DNA of 64,000 nucleotides from an uncultured Verrucomicrobiae bacterium. GTDB lineage: Bacteria; Verrucomicrobiota; Verrucomicrobiia; Chthoniobacterales; Chthoniobacteraceae. The notes under the pieces are model-generated. The model made no database searches, was not told the origin of the DNA, and saw only the letters and a program-made list of their open reading frames with translations. The position numbers and the translations under genes were made by a program. The first letter of the stretch is position 1, and each line of letters begins with the position of its first letter. The stretch covers positions 1,472,001 to 1,536,000 of the forward strand of contig CAWIKF010000002.1 in assembly GCA_963836755.1 (NCBI GenBank). The letters run 5' to 3'. Shown here in pieces: positions 17,017-26,308 of this stretch.

Positions 17017-18507
17017 TTACTTTGCCGGGCTGCCGGTGCCTTGAAAATCGCCGCCGAGCGCGAGGTGCAGGTTCACCCGTTCGCGCAGGCGCGAGGCGCG
17101 GATCTTGGTCAGCTCGATTTTGGCGGCAAGGTTCTCGCCAGCGTGGCGCAGGATCGTGAACATGTCGGCGTGGCCTTCGTCAAATTGCTGCCGACCAAAC
17201 TTCAAGGTGTCCGCGCTTGCGTCCACCATCTCGCCCAATGCGGCTTCGCGCTGGCGCAGATAGTAATCGTTCGACAGCGCGTCTTCCACGTCTCCAAACG
17301 CGCGCAGGGCAACGCCGACGTAACTGGCCGTCGCGGCTTTTTGCTCGGCGGTGCGGACATCCTGCGCGGCTTTCAGTTCGCCGCCGAAGAAAATCGGCTG
17401 GATCACTCCTGCAGCGAGGCTCCAGCTGACTGCGTCGATCACGCCCACAGTATCGAGCTGCGCGGTGCCCATGCCGGCGCTGGCGCTGATTGAGAACCGA
17501 GGCAACCGCGCCGCACGCGCCGCAGCCGTGCGATGAAATGCGGCACCGACGCGCTGCTCGGCGGCGAGGATGTCGGGTCGGCGTTCCAGAATTTGCGAGG
17601 GCAGCCCAGCGGGCACGGCTTTCGGCTGCGCGGGAAATGATCGGCGCACATCGAGTCGTCCCGCGGGATAGTTGCTTGTGACAATTTCGATCGCCCGAAT
17701 GGCCTGCGCGCGTGCGGCCTGCGCCGCGATGTAGGTGTCTTTCGCGCCGGCAGTGCGGGAGCGAATTTGTGAAACATCGTAGTCGCTCGCATGGCCTTGC
17801 TGTTTTTTCTTCTGAGTCAGGTCCGAAAAATCCTGGTAAAGTTCGAGAGTTTCGCGGGCGTTGGATTCCTGCTGCGCGGCTTCGATGACGGAAAAGTAGG
17901 CGCGCGCCACCGCCGCCGCGAGCGACTGCCTGGCGAACTCATAATCCTCGGCCAGCGCGACGCTTTCGGCGGCCGCTGCTGCTTTATTCGAGCGCACTCG
18001 CGCCCAGACATCGAGTTCCCAAGAGGCACCAATGCCAAGTCCATACACCCATCGCTGTGTGGAAGGGTCGAGGACGTTGCTCGTGTCGGAGGCGCCGCTG
18101 CTGAGGTCGACGCCGAGTCCGCCGAGGTCCGGTGGATCGATGCCGCCGCCGTGCGAGTCGGTAATCTCGCGGCCCTGACGTTCGCCGAGACCTTTCACAG
18201 CGATGCGCGGATACAGCGAAGACGCGGCGATTTTGATCGCATAGCGCGAAGCTTCCACGTGCGCGGCGGCAGCCTTGAGGTCAGGGTTGCGTGCGACCGC
18301 CTCAGCGACGAGCGCTGTCAGTTGCGGATCGTTGAAGGTGCGAATCCAGTTTGGGACAACGTCGCCCCTTTTGTGTGAGCTGGCCCAGCCGCCGGGAATT
18401 TTGCGCGCCGCGTCGGGTGCGATATCGGCGCCAGTCGGCGGTTTTTGAACGGCACAGCCGGTGACGAGCAGGACGAGAATCGCTCGCGGGAGAAAGGAAT
18501 GTTTCAT
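17017..18507 (-). CDS. Outer membrane efflux lipoprotein (TolC/NodT family)
   Basis: VTGC lipobox, ASWELDVW, GLPSQILERRPDI, ALGG. Confidence 0.92.
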   Translation of the reverse strand: MKHSFLPRAILVLLVTGCAVQKPPTGADIAPDAARKIPGGWASSHKRGDVVPNWIRTFNDPQLTALVAEAVARNPDLKAAAAHVEASRYAIKIAASSLYPRIAVKGLGERQGREITDSHGGGIDPPDLGGLGVDLSSGASDTSNVLDPSTQRWVYGLGIGASWELDVWARVRSNKAAAAAESVALAEDYEFARQSLAAAVARAYFSVIEAAQQESNARETLELYQDFSDLTQKKKQQGHASDYDVSQIRSRTAGAKDTYIAAQAARAQAIRAIEIVTSNYPAGRLDVRRSFPAQPKAVPAGLPSQILERRPDILAAEQRVGAAFHRTAAARAARLPRFSISASAGMGTAQLDTVGVIDAVSWSLAAGVIQPIFFGGELKAAQDVRTAEQKAATASYVGVALRAFGDVEDALSNDYYLRQREAALGEMVDASADTLKFGRQQFDEGHADMFTILRHAGENLAAKIELTKIRASRLRERVNLHLALGGDFQGTGSPAK

Positions 18508-18519
18508 GCGAGACGCGGC

Positions 18520-19704
18520 TTAGTGAAGCTTGAAGACAAACCAGTCCATCTTCGTGGAAACACGGACGAACACCTTGCGGATGATGTGCAGGAGTTTCCC
18601 GTGTTCGGTGTAGATCGCGCCCGCTCCCACCGCGCCGGCGGCGAGAAAGAGTTCCCTGTCCTTTGGTTCAACGAGAAGCCGAACCGCGATTTCCTGATTG
18701 AGGCTGGCGCCCGGGGGGGTGGTTTGCAAATTGCCGCTGATCGGCAATTGACCCTGAGCGGTGGACCAAAGGATCGAGTCCACTTTGCATTTGATGATGC
18801 GCCCGGGATACATCTCGAGGAAAATTTCCGCTTCGTTGCCGGGCTCAACGTAGCGCAATTCGTTCTGATGGTAATAAGCGAGGATCCACGGGTCGTCCTC
18901 CTGGATAAAGCTCATCACGGGCATGGTCGCGAATTGAGTCGCGCGCACGCCGGGCTGGAGTGCGAGATTCGTAACACGACCATTGGCTGGCGCGAGATGA
19001 ACGCAGCCTTCGAGATTATATTTGTCACTGGCGAGGTCGGCTTCCGACTTCGCGATTGCTGCCCTGGCCTGAGCGACCTGGTCGAGCTCGCCAGCCTCAT
19101 TGCGTGCGCTGAGCTTCTGCTTTACTTCGGATTCCGTCGCGTCGGCCGCCAGATACTCGCTCTCCAGATTGCCGAGATCGGCCTGAGCTTGCTCGAGGTC
19201 CGCACGTTTGCCGGCGCCGCTCGCGGCAAGCGAGGTGAATTGCTCGACGCGCTTTTTCGCGAGGTCGAGCCGCGGCTCAAGCGCAGCCTTTTTTGCCGAT
19301 GCGTTCTTGAATTGATCCATCATCCCCCGCTCAAAGGCTTGGGCGGTGACGAGCGTGACCTTGTTCGACTCGAGCGTCGCCTCCGCCGCCTTCACCGCGG
19401 CCTCAAACGGAGTCGGATCAAGCTTGAAAAGCACGTCGCCTTTTTTGATCGGGCGGTTCGGCTCGATCGGCACTTCAGTGACCTGGCCGGTCACGCGCGG
19501 AACGATCGGCACGACATAATTCATCGCGCGGATGTCGTGCGAAGACGGCGCGACGATGTTCATCAAAAGGATGATGACCGCCAGCACGAAGATCGGGATG
19601 GTGACGACGATGACCTGACTGGTGATATTCCAAGGCAGCCACTTTTTCTTGAAAAAAATGAACCAGACGCAGACCGAATAAATGATGAGAAGGATGAGTT
19701 CCAT
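18520..19704 (-). CDS. HlyD-family membrane fusion protein
   Basis: IVPRVTGQV..IKKGDVLFKLD lipoyl-like half motif; APANGRV. Confidence 0.92.
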   Translation of the reverse strand: MELILLIIYSVCVWFIFFKKKWLPWNITSQVIVVTIPIFVLAVIILLMNIVAPSSHDIRAMNYVVPIVPRVTGQVTEVPIEPNRPIKKGDVLFKLDPTPFEAAVKAAEATLESNKVTLVTAQAFERGMMDQFKNASAKKAALEPRLDLAKKRVEQFTSLAASGAGKRADLEQAQADLGNLESEYLAADATESEVKQKLSARNEAGELDQVAQARAAIAKSEADLASDKYNLEGCVHLAPANGRVTNLALQPGVRATQFATMPVMSFIQEDDPWILAYYHQNELRYVEPGNEAEIFLEMYPGRIIKCKVDSILWSTAQGQLPISGNLQTTPPGASLNQEIAVRLLVEPKDRELFLAAGAVGAGAIYTEHGKLLHIIRKVFVRVSTKMDWFVFKLH

Positions 19705-20145
19705 TTACGCCTTTTCTCCTTTGCCCTGCTCGATTTCTGACGCTGGCTTTTCGGCACCGTGATTGCCGATCGATTCATCGACGTCGGTGCCGTAGGCCAT
19801 CTTGTGCAGCACCGGTTTCGTGTAGGTCCAGAGCCATGCGATCGGCCACAGCAGACCGCCGAAACAAAGCGAGAGCAGGCATAAACACTGGATCGCGTGC
19901 GTCTGCGGGTGCTTTTTCTTCTCGGCAATTTTTTCGGGCAGGATGTGGACGAGCCAGAAAACAGTGATGCCAATGATCGGCGCGATGATTAGCACGACCC
20001 ACGAGATTGCGTTGGCGATTGCGTCGAGGGTTTCGCCGTGGAAAAGCGAGGCGTGCGCATGCGTCGGCGCGGCGACGAGCAACGCGAGCACGGCAGGCGC
20101 GACGATTCGCGCAGATCGTCGCGTATGGATTGGATTCGGCTTCAT
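19705..20145 (-). CDS. DUF3302 membrane protein
   Basis: HILPEKIAEKKKHPQ..AI and GGLLWPIAWLW.YTKP signature. Confidence 0.85.
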   Translation of the reverse strand: MKPNPIHTRRSARIVAPAVLALLVAAPTHAHASLFHGETLDAIANAISWVVLIIAPIIGITVFWLVHILPEKIAEKKKHPQTHAIQCLCLLSLCFGGLLWPIAWLWTYTKPVLHKMAYGTDVDESIGNHGAEKPASEIEQGKGEKA

Positions 20146-20326
20146 AGGGCTTTTGAAAACAGAGGCAGCGGATGACGCGGGCGACGTGAACTTTGATCCG
20201 CGATGAATGCGAATGTTAGAAATTTACGGGCGTGGCTGGATTTTGAGATCGAGCTCCAGAATTTTGGCGGATTGAGCATCGCGGATTTGGAGCCAAAAGG
20301 TTCGTAGACGGAGGTGGCGTCGGCTA

Positions 20327-20342
20327 TCGGACTTAAGTCCTA
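20327..20342 (-). promoter_or_regulatory. Palindromic box 4
   Basis: TCGGAC-TTAA-GTCCTA upstream of the DUF3302 operon. Confidence 0.82.
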
Positions 20343-20361
20343 CAATCCGGCTGGCACAGCA

Positions 20362-21297
20362 TCATGACGCCTTTTTCACCGCGAGCGTCGCCTCGGTCAT
20401 CCGGAGCGCGCTGAGTTCGCTCACGAAAGTGTTGAAGCGCTGAAAGAGAGTCGTGAAATCGCGGTTCAGTTCGTTGATCGATTTTTTCATCGCTTGATCC
20501 AGATCCATCGCTTCCTTGAGCGCGACCTCGCGAGAATCCGCTTCCGCCGCGCGCAACACCTCTTGCTTCTGCTGGCGCCGTTCGGCGATGAGAGCGTCGT
20601 TTTTCGCGATGTCCGCTGCGCGCTGTTTTTGACGGGCAGGATCGCTGGTGGCCGCATGCTGCGCGCGCAATTCGCGGCCCATCCGATCGAGCCGCGCGAT
20701 GCTCGCGTCGAGTTGCTTGAGGAGCGTGGCGCGCTGGGTATTGCCGTGCGAGGTGAGGCGGCGATTGTGTTCGAAATCCTCGTTGCGCTGGTATTCGGTG
20801 CCGGACCAGCCGCCGCCCGTGGCGGTGTAGCGTTCGTAGTCCTTGTGCGACGGCATCGACTTGTTCAACGCAATAATTTGATCGATCCGCTTTTCGATCC
20901 GTTGATCGAAGACGGCGACGAGCTTGTGCTTGTCGTCCGCGGTGAGCGCGCTGTGCGGATTCAGCAGTTCCTGACGAAAAACGCGCCGCTTCTTGTCGTA
21001 GTATTCGATCGTCTTCGCGAGGCGTTTCATCGTCTCCTCTTTCATCCTGGCAACCTTCGTGCGCGAATTTTTTGAGTCGGTAATCGCGCTCAGCGCTTGG
21101 ATAATGTCGTCCATCCTTGCTTCGATGTCCGCGTCGGTTTGTTTCATCTCGTCGCGCAGTAGATCGACTCGTTGCTGACGGACGTCGATCAAGGACTTGA
21201 GCTGGCCGGCAGCCGGTTCGGCGCTTTGTGCGAACAAATTTGCAGCGGCGCCGACGGCGAGGCTGAACGAAAGAACGCGAAGGAAGGGAATGGACAT
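20362..21297 (-). CDS. Secreted coiled-coil hypothetical protein
   Basis: Signal peptide followed by a long charged helical sequence. Confidence 0.75.
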   Translation of the reverse strand: MSIPFLRVLSFSLAVGAAANLFAQSAEPAAGQLKSLIDVRQQRVDLLRDEMKQTDADIEARMDDIIQALSAITDSKNSRTKVARMKEETMKRLAKTIEYYDKKRRVFRQELLNPHSALTADDKHKLVAVFDQRIEKRIDQIIALNKSMPSHKDYERYTATGGGWSGTEYQRNEDFEHNRRLTSHGNTQRATLLKQLDASIARLDRMGRELRAQHAATSDPARQKQRAADIAKNDALIAERRQQKQEVLRAAEADSREVALKEAMDLDQAMKKSINELNRDFTTLFQRFNTFVSELSALRMTEATLAVKKAS

Positions 21298-21334
21298 CGC
21301 GAGAGGCTAGGGACTCGCGGGTGCGGAAGAAAAG

Positions 21335-21350
21335 TGGGACTTTGGTCCTA
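21335..21350 (-). promoter_or_regulatory. Palindromic box 5
   Basis: TGGGAC-TTTG-GTCCTA. Confidence 0.82.
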
Positions 21351-21378
21351 TTGCGCAGCCCGAATGCTGCGACCGGAT

Positions 21379-22032
21379 TTAGCGGGAACGGCTTACAACA
21401 ACGTGCAACACCGGCTTCACTCCAGCCACCTGCGTAGCGCGCACGAGATCGGCTACGGATGTCACGCCCATCTTTTCCATCACGCGACCGCGATGAACTT
21501 TCACGGTTTTTTCCGCGGAGTTCAACTCATCGGCGATCTGCTTGTTCAGCATTCCGCCGATCACGCGCTGCATCACCGCAAATTCACGCGGCGTCAGCGC
21601 ATCGATCCGCGCCCGCGCGGCGGCACGTTCGTCGAGACGCTGGCGAATCGCCGCGGATCGCGCAAGCGCCCGCGACACCGCGTGGAGCAGGATTTCATCA
21701 TCCACCGGCTTGGTTAAAAAATCGACCGCGCCGGCTTTCATCGCATCGGCGCACGTCGGCACATCACCGTAGCCAGTGAGAAAAACAATCTGCGTTTCGC
21801 GCGCGGCGAGCGTCCCCTGCAGTTCGAGGCCATCGACGCCTGGCATTCGCAAATCGAGCACCAGACAGGACGGGCCATTGTGCACGGCGCGTTCGAGGAA
21901 AGCGGTTGCCGAAGAAAATGTCTCAGCTTGCACCCGAGCCGAACGAAAAAGCCGTGCGAGGCTGCGGAGGACGGATGTGTCATCGTCCACGATGCAAACC
22001 AGCGCATCCAGCGGCACTTCCGGCGGACGCAT
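21379..22032 (-). CDS. FixJ/NodW-type response regulator (REC + LuxR HTH)
   Basis: IVDDD, LDLRMP, AVDFLTKP, LTPRE...NKQIADEL..AEKTVKVHRGRVMEKM. Confidence 0.95.
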   Translation of the reverse strand: MRPPEVPLDALVCIVDDDTSVLRSLARLFRSARVQAETFSSATAFLERAVHNGPSCLVLDLRMPGVDGLELQGTLAARETQIVFLTGYGDVPTCADAMKAGAVDFLTKPVDDEILLHAVSRALARSAAIRQRLDERAAARARIDALTPREFAVMQRVIGGMLNKQIADELNSAEKTVKVHRGRVMEKMGVTSVADLVRATQVAGVKPVLHVVVSRSR

Positions 22033-22168
22033 TTTCAAAGGTTTTTCCGACACGGCGTTCAGATGCTCTAATCCTGCTACGGAACGCGGAGACGTCAAGA
22101 CTTCTGCCCAGAGTGAAGTGTTACATTTGTGTGTCAGCTTTCCACGGTGGCGGTTGCATCCAGCCGTA

Positions 22169-22184
22169 TAGGACATTGGTCTTA
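22169..22184 (+). promoter_or_regulatory. Palindromic box 6
   Basis: TAGGAC-ATTG-GTCTTA between the regulator gene and the divergent gene at 22243. Confidence 0.82.
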
Positions 22185-22242
22185 TGGACGCCTCGGCGCG
22201 GGAGGCGCACTTTTTCCTCTTCTCATACAACTCGTGGCTCGC

Positions 22243-23139
22243 ATGAAAACACTCCTCCTCGCTTCCTCGTTGATCGTTGTCTTCACCGGTCTTTGCATCG
22301 CTCAAACGCCGGACACATCTCCGGAAAAAGCCACCATGCAGGCGAACGATCGCGCGTATGAAGCGGCCTACGCAAAATCCGATGTGAAAGCGCTCGGGGA
22401 CTTTTTTGCCGAAGATGCCGACTACACGACCAGCGAAGGCCGCTCATTCACGGGACGAGAAGCAATAACCGCGGCGATAAAGTCTGGTCTCGTCGCAAAC
22501 CGCGGCTCGACAATCGCCATCACCACCGATTCCGTCCGCACACTCGCGCCCGATACCATCGTGCAAAAAGGCTCTACGACGGTGACGTCAAAAAACGGTG
22601 AAAGCAGCAGCGAACTTTTCACCGCCATTCAGGTAAAAAAAGACGGCAAGTGGAAGATCAGCCAGCTCATCGAATCGCCCATGCCGAATGCGACTCCGGC
22701 CGACCATCTCGCCGAACTCTCTTGGCTCGTCGGTGAATGGGAGGATAGCGATAAGACCGACGACATGACTGTCCGGAGCCAGTATTCTTGGGCGCGTGGC
22801 GGCAATTTTCTCGCCCGCAGCATCACAGTGCGGCGTGCCGGCGTCGTCACTCTCGAAGGCTGGCAGATTATCGGCTGGGATCCGGTCGAAGCGCGTCTGC
22901 GCTCGTGGACCTTTGACGGCGAGGGTGGTTTTTCCGGAGGATACTTCACCCGTGACGGTAACCGCTGGCTCCTCCGCGAAACCGGCGTCGCTCCCGACGG
23001 CAGTCGCACCAGCTCCGACAACACCTTTACGAAGATCAGCAACGACCGTCTGACGTGGGAATCGAACAACCGCACGCTGGACGGCGACCCGCAGCCGAGC
23101 ATCGGGAAGATTGAAATCAATCGCGTGAAAGGACGCTAA
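22243..23139 (+). CDS. Secreted NTF2/SnoaL-like (DUF4440-type) two-domain protein
   Basis: Signal peptide; AYAKSDVKALGDFFAEDADY...GREAI...DGKWKI; second domain LSWLVGEW. Confidence 0.8.
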   Translation: MKTLLLASSLIVVFTGLCIAQTPDTSPEKATMQANDRAYEAAYAKSDVKALGDFFAEDADYTTSEGRSFTGREAITAAIKSGLVANRGSTIAITTDSVRTLAPDTIVQKGSTTVTSKNGESSSELFTAIQVKKDGKWKISQLIESPMPNATPADHLAELSWLVGEWEDSDKTDDMTVRSQYSWARGGNFLARSITVRRAGVVTLEGWQIIGWDPVEARLRSWTFDGEGGFSGGYFTRDGNRWLLRETGVAPDGSRTSSDNTFTKISNDRLTWESNNRTLDGDPQPSIGKIEINRVKGR

Positions 23140-23141
23140 CT

Positions 23142-24917
23142 ATGCGCTCCCGACTTCGCTCCACCTTGGCCGTGGCGATGGTGATCGCCATGTCTTTCGA
23201 AAGCGTTTCCATCTACGCCCGCGGCGGTGGCGGTGGGGGTGGACGAGGCGGCGGTGGTGGGGGTGGAAGAAGTGGCGGCGGCGGTGGCTCCCGAAGCAGT
23301 AGCAGTGGTGGTGGCAGTTTCTCCCGATCTTCCGGTGGCGGAAGTTCACGTCCCTCGGGTGGATCACGGCCTTCGAGCGGTAGCAGCTATTCGCGGCCAT
23401 CGGGTGGCAGTAGCCGCCCGTCAGGAAGTGGCAGCGGGTCCGATGTTTCGAGGCCGTCACAGTTGCCCTCGAATGGAGGATCACGTCCGACTTCCGGTAG
23501 CGGCGGTCGCGTGCCTTCTTCGCCATCGCAGCGTCCAGCGGCTGGCAACCGACCCACCGGTGGCAACAGCGCCGCCCAATTGCCTTCCGGCACTCGTCCC
23601 GGTTCCGCGGGCGCGAACCTGCCTTCGCAACAGCCGTCGCGTCCCGGCAGTGGAACTGCTTCTACTCGTCCCGGCTCGGCAAATCGGCCTTCACAGCTAC
23701 CGGCTACCGGTGCGGGCGTCGCGAATCGCCCCAGCGGAGCAAAACCAGGTCAACGGCCGAGTCAGGGCGACGTGGGTGATTTTCTCGGCGTCGCGGGTGG
23801 CGTCGCCGGCGGAGCAGCGCTCGGCGGTGCGCTGGGAAATCGGCCGACGCAACTCCCGGCGGAGCGTCCAGGCGTTGGCGATCGTCCCCGCGCCGAGCAG
23901 CTTCCCGCGCGTCCGGAGCAACGTCCCGATTGGGCCGAGCGCTCACAAGGGCGTAACGAGCAGTGGAACGAGCGCGTGGATGACCGCAACGAGGCGTGGA
24001 ACCAGCGCTCCAAGAACCGCCAGGAGTCTCGCAACGATTTCCAAGAACACCGCAATGAGCGCTGGGAGAACCTCGAGAGCGCCCGCAACGACCGCCAGGA
24101 TTGGCGCAACGAGAACCGCGAGGACTGGCAGAACCATCGCGAGGATTTGTGGGAATACCGAGGCGATCGGGCCGACGAAATCTGGGACAACACGCGCGAC
24201 TTTTACGACAATGTCTTTGACGACCATTGGTGGGGCGCCTGTGGCTGGGGCGCCGTGGGAAATTACCCATCCAATCCATGGTGGTGGTGGGCACCCGCCG
24301 CGTTTGGCGCTGCCGCGGCGTTTGTGGACGGCATCACGCCCGATCCAATTTACATCGATTACGGCATGAACGTCGTCTACGAAGGCGACACGGTGTATGT
24401 GGATAACAAGCCGATTCCCGCCGAGCAGTATTCCCAGCCGATGATCGATCTCGCGGTGAACGTCGAGCAGCCGCCACCACCTGGACCCGCAGTCGCGGCT
24501 CCGGCCGCGGGTGTTCCTGCCGAGGAGTGGATGCCGCTCGGTGTCTTCGCGCTCGCACAGGAGGAAAAGGGCGATCCGGTGATGTTTTTCCAAATCTCGA
24601 TCAATCGCCAAGGCGTGATCAGTGGCGGTTACAACAGCATCATCGCCGAGGACGAGCGTCCCATTGCGGGGCAGATCGACAAAGCCACCCAGCGCCTCGC
24701 GTGGCGCATCGGCGACAACAAGGAGACGATCTTTGTGTCCAGCCTGGGCAACCTCACGCAGGATGTTTCGCCAGTCGCGATTCACTTTGGGAAAACACGC
24801 ACGCAGACGTGGCTGCTGGTCCGCATGCCCGAGCCCGCGCCCGCTGGGGAGCCGCAGAAACTGCCGACGCCGCCGAAGGAGCCGCCGCCTCTCAAGATCC
24901 CAGAGAAGGCGAAATAG
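23142..24917 (+). CDS. Secreted Gly/Ser/Arg-rich low-complexity protein with Trp-rich C-terminal domain
   Basis: Signal peptide, long disordered region, ~11-residue periodic charged segment, EWMPLGVFAL domain. Confidence 0.8.
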   Translation: MRSRLRSTLAVAMVIAMSFESVSIYARGGGGGGGRGGGGGGGRSGGGGGSRSSSSGGGSFSRSSGGGSSRPSGGSRPSSGSSYSRPSGGSSRPSGSGSGSDVSRPSQLPSNGGSRPTSGSGGRVPSSPSQRPAAGNRPTGGNSAAQLPSGTRPGSAGANLPSQQPSRPGSGTASTRPGSANRPSQLPATGAGVANRPSGAKPGQRPSQGDVGDFLGVAGGVAGGAALGGALGNRPTQLPAERPGVGDRPRAEQLPARPEQRPDWAERSQGRNEQWNERVDDRNEAWNQRSKNRQESRNDFQEHRNERWENLESARNDRQDWRNENREDWQNHREDLWEYRGDRADEIWDNTRDFYDNVFDDHWWGACGWGAVGNYPSNPWWWWAPAAFGAAAAFVDGITPDPIYIDYGMNVVYEGDTVYVDNKPIPAEQYSQPMIDLAVNVEQPPPPGPAVAAPAAGVPAEEWMPLGVFALAQEEKGDPVMFFQISINRQGVISGGYNSIIAEDERPIAGQIDKATQRLAWRIGDNKETIFVSSLGNLTQDVSPVAIHFGKTRTQTWLLVRMPEPAPAGEPQKLPTPPKEPPPLKIPEKAK

Positions 24918-25352
24918 CTTTGACCCGCGTCGATGCGACGCTATTTGGCGCATCCGTGGGCAAGAGACGTGCCACGCCCGCCCATTTCTCAAAATCGACA
25001 CTACAACGGCTCGAATAGATTTCCCGAGGCCCTCTTGCGACACCAAAAGCTCAACCCGGATTTCATAACCGAGGACTGCAACCCCAAATCGCCAAAACGA
25101 AATCGATCTCGCCCGTGAGGACCCGACAGTTCCATCTCAAACTCAGGCACACTCCAAAACACCGCTTAATATTGCCTCCCGCCCCCGCATCGCCGTCTTA
25201 ATAGCTCAGGAAGCCGACCTCACGTATTGGCCGGAAGCGTTGCCGGCATTGGCCTATCCGTTGAGCTCCCTCGACGCCTTTTCGCTCGCCTCGGCCGCGC
25301 AAGCGCTCGCGCTACCGCTTCCCGCTCAGCAGGAAGGCGGTGTCCAACCGAC

Positions 25353-25772
25353 TCAACGGTAGTAACGACCGTGATAGTGCATTCCGCCGACATACGGCCC
25401 GTAAGCTCCATACCAACCCGTCGCCATGTCGCGCTGCATTTGGGCAGCCTGATATTGTTCTTGAGCGATCTTCCGCTGAACCGCCAGAGCTTCGTATCGC
25501 TGGTAGTTCGCCTCATCGCCGAGATAGGCGATGCCGTCCTTCTCATCCTTGTAGGCGTAGAACGTCTTCCCCTTGAAAGCGACCCGCTCCACTGTGTAAG
25601 CAGGCATGGCCCCATAGAGTTCCTTCTGCTTCGGAGTCGCGGGCACATGGCTGCGGAAGCCGGCGGCGGAAAGCATGCTCTTCGTTTCGGACGATCCCAT
25701 GCTTGCACAGCCGGCGAGCGCGAGTGCAGCGACGAGAGATAGCAGTCCGTAGTGGTGGGGTTTCATTTTCAT
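25353..25772 (-). CDS. Putative lipoprotein
   Basis: LAGC lipobox; LSAAGF motif. Confidence 0.78.
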   Translation of the reverse strand: MKMKPHHYGLLSLVAALALAGCASMGSSETKSMLSAAGFRSHVPATPKQKELYGAMPAYTVERVAFKGKTFYAYKDEKDGIAYLGDEANYQRYEALAVQRKIAQEQYQAAQMQRDMATGWYGAYGPYVGGMHYHGRYYR

Positions 25773-25839
25773 TGTTTGGTTCTGGTTAAAGCGATCTTCG
25801 ATCAAACGTCACGATGAACCGGATGCTGGCATCCGCCTA

Positions 25840-25855
25840 TGGGACCTTCGTCCTA
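25840..25855 (-). promoter_or_regulatory. Palindromic box 7
   Basis: TGGGAC-CTTC-GTCCTA. Confidence 0.82.
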
Positions 25856-25912
25856 CTCCTCACCCGAGCGACGTTGGCGCGACTTTTACCCGCAGGATTA
25901 CGCGTCGCCGTT

Positions 25913-26302
25913 TCAGCGATTCGGTGTCGCCGCGGATTCGATGACGGCGAGCAGTTCGGCGTCGTCCGCGGGCTTGGGCAAAAAGGCAAACGCTCCCGCC
26001 TTGCGTGCACTCTCGCGAGTCGACGAATCGTCGTGGCTGGTGAGAAAAATCACTTCCGTCCCCGGCGAGAGTTCGCGCAGGCGCGTTTGCACTTCGAGGC
26101 CATTCATGATCGGCATGGATATATCGATTACCGCCACTGGCGGCTTGTTTGACGCCGCGTGCTCCAGGAATGCGGGCGGATCTTCAAACGCAGCCACAGG
26201 TCGGCCGACAGACAGAAGGAGCCTCGTCAGCGCTTTCAAGACTGACGGGTCATCGTCGAGCAGCGAAACGGTGGGAAGCAATTTATCCACTAGAATAGTC
26301 AC
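25913..26302 (-). CDS. Single-domain response regulator receiver
   Basis: LLDDD, IDISMP, IFLTS, FLPKP. Confidence 0.9.
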   Translation of the reverse strand: MTILVDKLLPTVSLLDDDPSVLKALTRLLLSVGRPVAAFEDPPAFLEHAASNKPPVAVIDISMPIMNGLEVQTRLRELSPGTEVIFLTSHDDSSTRESARKAGAFAFLPKPADDAELLAVIESAATPNR

Positions 26303-26308
26303 AAAACT

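Noticed and set aside
24918..25352. 435-bp gap between convergent genes as a possible ncRNA or mobile remnant
   Set aside because: I could not recognise any structure, repeat or coding motif by eye.
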